Shown in pieces: positions 15,505-22,297 of a stretch of 32,000 bases of DNA. The stretch is from Promethearchaeum syntrophicum. Its GTDB lineage: Archaea; Asgardarchaeota; Lokiarchaeia; Sigyniarchaeales; Promethearchaeaceae. Every line of letters starts with the position of its first letter. Position 1 is the stretch's first letter. The notes below the pieces were generated by a model. It saw nothing but the letters and a program-made list of their open reading frames with translations. It did no database searches and was not told the origin of the DNA. The translations under genes were made by a program, and so were the position numbers. The stretch spans positions 420,001-452,000 of the forward strand of contig NZ_CP042905.2 in assembly GCF_008000775.2 (NCBI RefSeq), read 5' to 3'.

Positions 15505-16812
15505 TTATTTAATTTCTTTTTTTTTATTGTCTGTATCTTTCATTTCATCCTTTTGCTTTTTGCTTTTCTTCTTACTCTTCTTAGCTAAAAATTTCCTTAC
15601 GATTTCATTTGGATCTTTTTCTGTGAAATCATCTAATTCATCTATAAAAAATGGATCTAAATTTTCATAAGGATCTTCTTCTTCATCTTTTTTCTCTATG
15701 ATATGAATTACATCTGTTGCATCTTCATCATCTAAGAATTTTTTGTCTGACAAGCCTTCACTCTCTTCAGTCTCTAGAAATAAAAAATCGTCATCATTAA
15801 TATCTACCTTCCGTTTATCATCTGTTAAATCTTCAAAATTTTCATCTAGTAGATCTTCTTCATCAATTTCCATCAATTTATTAAAAACTTTCTTTAAAGG
15901 TGAGTCAGATGCAATTTTATGCTCAGATTTTTCCTTTTCATAAAGGAATTTTAACCCTTCATTATCTAAAATTTGCTTTACGGATTGCCTAAAAAGTAAA
16001 TAATCAATTAAATTTTCATCTTCATTTTTGTCATTTTCTTCTGTTTTATTGGTAGATTCTGCAGAGAATTTAGACATTTTCATATAATATCGACAAATAT
16101 TGATTCCATCACGTGCTGTGAAATCCTTATTGCGTAAATGAGATTCCTGTAAAAAATTTACAGTATATGTGATTAAATCTTTTTTTGCAAATGGGAGATT
16201 GAACTCAAGGATTTTGAATTCTTCGTCTTTACTTGGAAAATCAATGAATATTTGAGGTTGGAGTCGAGAATGGATATACTCCGGCACTTCAAAGGTGCTT
16301 GAGTCTTCATTCATTGTACAACAGATTCTAAAATTAGGATGTGCATTCACCTTTATTCCCGCTATTATAGATTCTATGTATCGTCTTTGATCTAGAAGGG
16401 GTGCCAAACTTGCCCATGATTTCTCTGACATGCGATTTGCTTCATCTAAAATGCAAATTCCCCCCTTAATCATGGCAGTTACGAGTGAACTCGCGTGATA
16501 TTTAATTGTGTTGTTTTCTCCAATTACTGGTGAAATTAACAGATCTTCAGGACGGGTATCAACGGTGCATTGAAATATATAAACCGGGAGATTTAATTTT
16601 TTTGCAGAAGAATATGCTAAAGTTGTTTTTCCAACTCCTGGTTTTCCCAAAATCTGTGGATTCATAGGTATATCTTTCTTATTATCAACCAAAATCCATG
16701 ATGCTAATAATTGAGTCATATAGGTTTCCCCACCAATCCATTCCATATTAGGAATTTCATCGGGTAAACTTAAAATCAATTCTACATCTCCAATTTTTAC
16801 TTTCGTAACCAT
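15505..16812 (-). CDS. AAA+ ATPase of the AAA_5 (MoxR / NorQ-CbbQ-like) type with a long acidic then lysine-rich C-terminal tail
   Basis: Walker A is GKPGVGKTT. Walker B is GICILDEANR. The core NQRRYIE...HPNFRICCTMN..FEVPEYIHSRL is typical of the MoxR/NorQ family. The C-terminal ~140 aa is D/E-rich (DEEDLLDENFEDLTDD.., DEEEDPYENLDPFFIDELDDF) and ends KKSKKKSKKQKDEMKDTDNKKKEIK. Confidence 0.85.
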   Translation of the reverse strand: MVTKVKIGDVELILSLPDEIPNMEWIGGETYMTQLLASWILVDNKKDIPMNPQILGKPGVGKTTLAYSSAKKLNLPVYIFQCTVDTRPEDLLISPVIGENNTIKYHASSLVTAMIKGGICILDEANRMSEKSWASLAPLLDQRRYIESIIAGIKVNAHPNFRICCTMNEDSSTFEVPEYIHSRLQPQIFIDFPSKDEEFKILEFNLPFAKKDLITYTVNFLQESHLRNKDFTARDGINICRYYMKMSKFSAESTNKTEENDKNEDENLIDYLLFRQSVKQILDNEGLKFLYEKEKSEHKIASDSPLKKVFNKLMEIDEEDLLDENFEDLTDDKRKVDINDDDFLFLETEESEGLSDKKFLDDEDATDVIHIIEKKDEEEDPYENLDPFFIDELDDFTEKDPNEIVRKFLAKKSKKKSKKQKDEMKDTDNKKKEIK

Positions 16813-16957
16813 TTTTTTTCTCCCGACAAATTTAAACTTAATTCTAAAAAATGAATCTGATGGTAAAAACCTATTTTTTATCGTCTTCCCTCTGGATTCA
16901 ATTTTATAATTTAACCATAAATTTTATTTTGTGTAATTATTTGTACAAAATACTGAA

Positions 16958-18124
16958 ATGATGATTCTAGATAAGCCATATGTATCAAAATTTTTAGAAG
17001 ATTCTTTAATTGAAATGCAGATCCCCGTTTTAAAAAATAAAGCGCTTGAAGAATTAAATCTGAGTTCTAAAATCTTAACCATTGATGAAGAAGAGTTTAT
17101 TAAACGAGTTAAAAACTCTCAAATACCCCATATATTCAGTAACTCGGAAAATTCGATAAATTGGATCAAGGAAAATCTAAGTTTTACAGATCTTCCTAAT
17201 AAAATTTCCATCTTCAAAGATAAAGTTGAATTCAGAAAAATCATGAAACCTTTTTATCCTAATTATTACTTCCAAAAAGTTAATTTCAATGAATTAGGAA
17301 AAATTGATGTTTCCAAGATGCAATTTCCATTTATCATTAAACCTGCAGTTGGATTTTTTAGTTTAGGTGTTTATCTTATTAAAAATTTGGAAGAATGGCC
17401 TAAAATCATCAAATTTATCCAACGAGATATGAATAATATTAATAAAATTTTTCCGATTGAAGTAATAGATTCATCATCTTTTATCATCGAAGAAAATATT
17501 GAAGGAGAAGAATATGCTGTTGATGTGTATTTTAATTCTAATGGAAGACCTGTGATATTGAATATTTTAAAGCATTATTTTGCCTCTCCAGAAGATACCA
17601 GTGATAGATTATACATAACCTCTAAAAATATCATCGAAGAATCTCGGGAAATCTTTCTTGAAACCTTAGAAAAAATTAGTCAAGCTACTCAAATAAGAAA
17701 TTTCCCAATGCATATAGAATTCCGTGTTGATGAAAATAATAATATCGGTATTATTGAGGCAAATCCTATGAGATTCGCAGGATTGTGCGTAACTGATTTA
17801 GCGTATTATGCATGGAGAACGAATAATTATAAATTGTTTTTTGAACAAGAAGCGCCCGATTGGAATCAAATCTTGAAGGATAAAGAAGGAAAAATATTTG
17901 CTATGATTGTTGGTAATATCCCTGCAGACATTAATTTACGCGATATTAAATCAGTTGATTACGAAAAATTCGCTAAGAAATTTAAAAAGCCCCTTGATAT
18001 CCGAAAAATTAATTACCATGAATTTCCCTTATTTGCCATCGCGTTTGCAGAATTTGATGAAAATAATTTAGCTGAGATGAATGAATTTCTTAATGATGAT
18101 TTTAAAGATATTATATCTCTTTAA
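16958..18124 (+). CDS. ATP-grasp domain protein (substrate unknown)
   Basis: FPFIIKPAVGFFSLGVYLI is a P-loop-like ATP-grasp strand. FIIEENIEGEEYAVDVYF and HIEFRVDENNNIGIIEANPMRFAG match the ATP-grasp Mg/ATP-binding core. Confidence 0.75.
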   Translation: MMILDKPYVSKFLEDSLIEMQIPVLKNKALEELNLSSKILTIDEEEFIKRVKNSQIPHIFSNSENSINWIKENLSFTDLPNKISIFKDKVEFRKIMKPFYPNYYFQKVNFNELGKIDVSKMQFPFIIKPAVGFFSLGVYLIKNLEEWPKIIKFIQRDMNNINKIFPIEVIDSSSFIIEENIEGEEYAVDVYFNSNGRPVILNILKHYFASPEDTSDRLYITSKNIIEESREIFLETLEKISQATQIRNFPMHIEFRVDENNNIGIIEANPMRFAGLCVTDLAYYAWRTNNYKLFFEQEAPDWNQILKDKEGKIFAMIVGNIPADINLRDIKSVDYEKFAKKFKKPLDIRKINYHEFPLFAIAFAEFDENNLAEMNEFLNDDFKDIISL

Positions 18125-18608
18125 TTGCGTAATTTATTACATTTCTTTCGAATTCGGGAATTAAAATTCTTGATTCAAGCAAAATCTTCTAAAATTTCAT
18201 TATAATTAAAAAAAAATGCCAAGTTGGAAAAAGATCATATCAAAACCCCCCTATTTTTTTTCTTGCTCGTTTATATTTAGAAAAACAACCATAAAAATGA
18301 GCTATTTATCACATCAATATTCGGGGACATTGCTTAAAAAATCTCTAATTATAAAATTATTGAAATTTTCTTTTATTATACAATTTTTGATTATAAATTG
18401 TAAGATCCGGTTTTAATTTCGCATGAAAATCATTAAAAATTACGATCTAGATCCTTGATCTTAAAAAAAATATATGATTTTTTTCAAGTCGGGCGATATA
18501 TCACGAGATGGTCAATTCAGATTTTGTCGGATAAATTTTAATCCAATTCATTCAGATCGTAAAAATTAGGGAAGATTTAAATATTCAACACACCATATTT
18601 TATTTAGT

Positions 18609-18661
18609 AGTATTCCATCATTAATTAAAAATTTTTGATTTGAAAATAATTGTGGAATACT
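18609..18661 (+). repeat. 9-bp perfect inverted repeat just upstream of the histone start codon
   Basis: agtattcca (18609-18617) and tggaatact (18653-18661) are exact reverse complements separated by 35 nt. The histone ATG is at 18685. Confidence 0.6.
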
Positions 18662-18684
18662 CTAAAAAGCGGAGAATATTAAAA

Positions 18685-18891
18685 ATGAAAGTATTTGCAT
18701 GGAGCCCTATTCGGGAACTTATGAAAAAATCTGGCGCAGAAATGGTGAGCCGGGACGCAGTCGACGAATTAATCGTTTACTTAGAAAAAGTTGCTAAAAA
18801 CCTAACAAATAAAGCCCTTGAGATGTCACGACACTCTGGTCGAAAGAAATTGACCAAAGCTGACATGGAAATGGCCATCTCTTTAGTTTAA
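18685..18891 (+). CDS. Archaeal histone (HMf-type histone fold), 68 aa
   Basis: MKVFAWSPIRELMKKSGAEMVSRDAVDELIVYLEKVAKNLTNKALEMSRHSGRKKLTKADMEMAISLV aligns by eye with HMfA/B (..PIGRIIK.AGAERVS.DA...L...LE......A...A.HAGRKT.K..D.E.A). The internal ATG at 18685 gives the canonical length; the track start at 18640 is TTG. Confidence 0.9.
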   Translation: MKVFAWSPIRELMKKSGAEMVSRDAVDELIVYLEKVAKNLTNKALEMSRHSGRKKLTKADMEMAISLV

Positions 18892-19021
18892 GCGAACTTT
18901 ATTAAAAATTAAATAATTTAAACCAATTTTTTTCCTTTTTTCTCTTCATGATTTTTTTGATAAGTAGAGGTTATGAAAAATAAAATGGAATTAATTTTCT
19001 AGATCTAATTCTATTTTTCTT

Positions 19022-19107
19022 TCGAAATAAATTAACCAAAAATGCCATAGAAATGGCAATTTCTTTAGTTTAAGCGAATTTTTTTAAAATTTCATCAATT
19101 TAAACTA
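19022..19107 (+). pseudogene. Decayed duplicate of the histone gene 3' end plus its downstream flank
   Basis: ttcgaaataaattaaccaaaaatgccatagaaatggcaatttctttagtttaagcgaatt aligns with 18841-18900 (tcgaaagaaattgaccaaagctgacatggaaatggccatctctttagtttaagcgaact). It contains in-frame stops (taa, tag). The similarity continues into the 3' flank (..aatttaaac..). Confidence 0.75.
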
Positions 19108-19335
19108 AAATTTGCTACCTTTCGGATATAGATCCTTTTTTTTCTTTGTATTATTAGATTGACGAAAGGGGCAGAGATGTGTCCCGTGACGCTTTGCATG
19201 TGTTATTAAAAAAAGTAGGGAGAAATTTTACAAAAATAAATCTTGAAATCCCAAGCGATTTTGACCAAAAGAAATTAAACAAAGTTGATTTGAAAATGGG
19301 AAAAAAAATTATATCCCTTTTGATTTCAAGCCTAT
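19108..19335 (+). pseudogene. Decayed near-full-length histone paralogue
   Basis: Conceptual translation is KFATFRI*..*IDERGRDVSRDALHVLLKKVGRNFTKINLEIPSDFDQKKLNKVDLKMG. This parallels KVFAWSPIRE..GAEMVSRDAVDELIVYLEKVAKNLTNKALEMSRHSGRKKLTKADMEMA. It has no start codon, internal stop codons in the N-terminal part, and the original stop is mutated. Confidence 0.7.
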
Positions 19336-19388
19336 TTCTTCCCAATTAATATAAGATAACCAAAGGTGATATGGGTATATAGTACTTA

Positions 19389-20420
19389 TCACCATTTTTT
19401 TATATGGAAAATAACTGTTAAAGAGGAAAGTTGTTCATTCACCAAGACTGGGAGTAAAAATTTATCCCCATCTTTCAATTGTGTTCCTTTTGAATCCACA
19501 AATACACCGTTGAAATAGGTTTTTTTTAAATTAGATCGATCTTTCAAATAATATTTCTTAGGTTCAGTTTGCTCGATAATGCAATGTTCTTTCGCTTCTT
19601 TACTCTCGGGATCCTGCATGATAATTGGGGAGAAGAAATCTTTAGGTATTTGAATTCCTAAATTATCCTTTTCAAAATCTTGTCTTCCAAGTAATTCAAT
19701 AGAATTTTTAAAAGGTAGATCAATTTTTAATTGAATTTGTTCAATTTCTAAGAATGCTGAAGTCAATGGGAGAAGTTTTTCTTTCTTTTCCGATTTAACG
19801 GGTGTAGATTTTTTAGAAACCGTCTTTTTAGTGGTTTTTTTTGTAGTCTTTTTTACTACTTTCTTAGTGGATTTCTTAGGAGTTGATACAGCTTTCGGTT
19901 CCTTTTTGACTGGTTTTTTCTCTATGGGTTTTTGTATTACCTTTTTTACTTGTGGTTTCTTTTGTGGTTTTACTGGTTTTTCTTTTTGAACTTTCGCTGT
20001 TTCTAGTTTTTTGACATCCTTTTTCTTTGCACTTATAAGAGGTTTTTTTTGAAGATTGCGTAAAATTGGACTCGAAAGGGGATCAAATGCACCCGCATGA
20101 ACTGAGTTCAAAACTTTTTTTATAGGGGCAGGGGCGTATCCTCCAATAGATAAATTATTACTTGACTTTTTAGAAGAATCTCTCTTATTATCTTCATGAA
20201 TCTCGCCTTTCATTATGGAAATATCAAGATTTATCTTTTTAAGAACTTTATTTGCTTCCTTTTTGACTTCTCCTTTAAGATTAGGTTCATTTAGAGTGTC
20301 ATTACAGATGTCTTTGATGATTTGAAGCAAAGTTTTATTTTTTTGATGCGATTCTTCTTTTAGGTCTACTTTATTTTGAATTTTATCGATTTTTTCTTGA
20401 AATTCTTTTAAAGTCGTCAT
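19389..20420 (-). CDS. FHA-like domain protein with an N-terminal coiled-coil-like region and a long lysine/proline-rich (linker-histone-tail-like) middle segment
   Basis: The C-terminus LLGRQD...AKEHCIIEQTEPKKYYLKDRSNLKKTYFNGVFVDSKGTQLKDGDKFLLP fits the FHA pattern (GR...H..I...yyl.D..S...TyvNG....L.dGD.i.l). The middle is KKPQVKKVIQKPIEKKPVKKEPKAVSTPKKSTKKVVKKTTKKTTKKTVSKKSTPVKSEKK. The track start at 20423 is TTG; the ATG at 20418-20420 is preferred. Confidence 0.65.
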   Translation of the reverse strand: MTTLKEFQEKIDKIQNKVDLKEESHQKNKTLLQIIKDICNDTLNEPNLKGEVKKEANKVLKKINLDISIMKGEIHEDNKRDSSKKSSNNLSIGGYAPAPIKKVLNSVHAGAFDPLSSPILRNLQKKPLISAKKKDVKKLETAKVQKEKPVKPQKKPQVKKVIQKPIEKKPVKKEPKAVSTPKKSTKKVVKKTTKKTTKKTVSKKSTPVKSEKKEKLLPLTSAFLEIEQIQLKIDLPFKNSIELLGRQDFEKDNLGIQIPKDFFSPIIMQDPESKEAKEHCIIEQTEPKKYYLKDRSNLKKTYFNGVFVDSKGTQLKDGDKFLLPVLVNEQLSSLTVIFHIKKW

Positions 20421-20502
20421 CAAAAGAATAATAAATAGTATTAGGATTTAATTTTTTTTAATACCCTAGCAGTTTTAAATATTAGAAGAGTTAAGACATA
20501 TT

Positions 20503-21021
20503 ATGGAAAGGATTACCATTATCTTTTTAGTTTTAATGATCGTTTTTATCGTCTTAGTATTAATTTCTGTTTGGATAATCAATCATCTTCGGATAAAAGT
20601 TAAGGATGGCAAAGGATATACTGCAAATTATCCTTCTTCTTATCTTTGTATTGATGGACATGAGGTAAGAAGTTTGTCTGAATGCGTTATAGATGATTTT
20701 TTTACTCGAAATGGAATTGTTCATAAATATGAAGATGTAATTCTAAAAACTACCGGGAAAAAATTCATGTATGATTGGTATTTCAAAGAAGTGGATGTAT
20801 ATGTTGAATTTTTTGGATTTTCTGGGAAAAAATATAAGGATACAATGGAAGAAAAAATAACTTTCTATCGAAGGAATAAACTGAAAATGGTTGCCCTTGA
20901 ACCAGATGTATTATCCGATATTGAAGTAAAAATACCTGAAAAGTTTGGAAAATTATGGAAAGAGATAATCCATGAAAAACATTGTCCAAGTTGTGGAAAT
21001 ACCCTTGATGACAGGATTTAG
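20503..21021 (+). CDS. Membrane-anchored protein with a PD-(D/E)xK (restriction-endonuclease-fold)-like domain and a C-terminal CxxC
   Basis: N-terminal TM: ITIIFLVLMIVFIVLVLISVWII. GHEVRSLSECVIDDFFTRNGIVHKYEDV...FMYDWYFKEVDVYVEFFGFSGKKYKDTMEEKITFYRRNKLKMVAL matches the pattern (S..E..I...L...gI.y.YE...y.PDF.l...iyiE.fG.....Y...m..K...y) that I recall from nuclease-fold domains attached to helicase IV/UvrD-type proteins. The protein ends HCPSCGNTLDDRI. Confidence 0.4.
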   Translation: MERITIIFLVLMIVFIVLVLISVWIINHLRIKVKDGKGYTANYPSSYLCIDGHEVRSLSECVIDDFFTRNGIVHKYEDVILKTTGKKFMYDWYFKEVDVYVEFFGFSGKKYKDTMEEKITFYRRNKLKMVALEPDVLSDIEVKIPEKFGKLWKEIIHEKHCPSCGNTLDDRI

Positions 21022-21041
21022 TGTGAAAATTGAGTTAAAAA

Positions 21042-22223
21042 TTAAATTTTTACCATTTTTTTAATTGGAATGAATGTTTCGAGGGTTCTTGTATTTTCTA
21101 CATATTTCTCATATATTCTCATTGATACTACAGGAAATTGATTTAAAATCGTTTCCTTCAAAATATTTACATCCAAATTTTCAGAAAATAGAGGTTTATT
21201 GCCCCTTAATACTAAATATAATATCGGTTTTTGAGATTGGGTTAATTTTTTAATTTTATTATCATTTGAGAATTTACTTGTTAGTTTTTCAGTGATAAAA
21301 GAAATAATCTCATGTTCCATTTGAAAAACCTCTGGAAAATAAATGGTAACCCACATATGGTCTCGATTTTTAAGAGATACATTTTTAACATCAACAGAAA
21401 ACTTAAGCCTATTATCAGATACTTCATTTTTTTCAGTTATTTCACCAAGGAAAATTCCGCGTTTATAGTTCGATTCAACAGAACTAACCGCTTCCCCTGA
21501 ACCGGGATTAAATATCCAACCTCCAATTTTAAATTGTAAATGATAATGACCCAAAGCCAAATAATGTATACAATCTTTAAGAGGTTGAACTTTATAGAGA
21601 GGCATTCCGGGAACATTCTTCATTTGTCCCTTAATTCCAAAATGTTGGAGTAGAATATGAAAGCATCCATCAGTTTGGTTTATTCCAGATCTTATTTTTG
21701 GGAGTAATTCTTCCGTTCTCCGACCAAGATATGATGTTCCATAAATGACGACATTACCAATCCGAATTTTCCCCCCCTTTTTTGTTTGATAATCATAATT
21801 TTGAAATAAATTTTCAGAACGTGCTTCCGGATTAACATCCAGTAATACTAAAAGATCAAGTTCTTGCAGAAATCTCAACCAAGATTGTCTCCGTATAATT
21901 CTTGATCCACGAGAATATTTTCTTATATCATGGTTTCCTTCAATTGCGATTATATTGATGGAATCTTGTGTTTTTTCCTTAAAATCTTTTAAAATTTTTA
22001 CAATCCTACTAAGCTGTTCAGGGAGTAAATCCAACGAACCGAATACATCCCCTCCTAGAAGAATAAAACTAACTTTTTTAGAAATTGCTAAATCAATGAT
22101 ACCCTTCAAAATTTTTATAAAATCATCAGATCTTGCAGGGTTTTGGTATTGCCCAGTTCCTAAGTGTATATCACTAGCATGAATAAATCTAACTTTATGA
22201 TTTTCAGAATCAGATTTTAGCAT
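21042..22223 (-). CDS. Mre11/SbcD-family metallophosphoesterase (DNA repair exonuclease-like)
   Basis: Phosphoesterase motifs occur in order: FIHASDIHLG (DxH), LLGGDVFGS (GDxx), IAIEGNHD (GNHD), LLQHFGI (H), LALGHYH (GHxH). The gene lies 74 nt downstream of the HerA-like gene on the same strand. Confidence 0.85.
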   Translation of the reverse strand: MLKSDSENHKVRFIHASDIHLGTGQYQNPARSDDFIKILKGIIDLAISKKVSFILLGGDVFGSLDLLPEQLSRIVKILKDFKEKTQDSINIIAIEGNHDIRKYSRGSRIIRRQSWLRFLQELDLLVLLDVNPEARSENLFQNYDYQTKKGGKIRIGNVVIYGTSYLGRRTEELLPKIRSGINQTDGCFHILLQHFGIKGQMKNVPGMPLYKVQPLKDCIHYLALGHYHLQFKIGGWIFNPGSGEAVSSVESNYKRGIFLGEITEKNEVSDNRLKFSVDVKNVSLKNRDHMWVTIYFPEVFQMEHEIISFITEKLTSKFSNDNKIKKLTQSQKPILYLVLRGNKPLFSENLDVNILKETILNQFPVVSMRIYEKYVENTRTLETFIPIKKMVKI

Positions 22224-22297
22224 TAGATATTTTATTAATAAAAAAAAAATAAAAGCTAAGAGGTTAGTAGCTTAATAAAACGTTTTTTGACTGAGTT

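Noticed and set aside
18216-18416. A 66-aa ORF in the ATP-grasp/histone intergenic region.
   Set aside because: It is a low-complexity I/F/K-rich translation of AT-rich DNA with no SD-like element or motif. It is not supportable as a gene.
19154-19345. A 63-aa minus-strand ORF.
   Set aside because: It lies antisense to the decayed histone paralogue. The plus-strand homology to the histone gene explains the sequence better.
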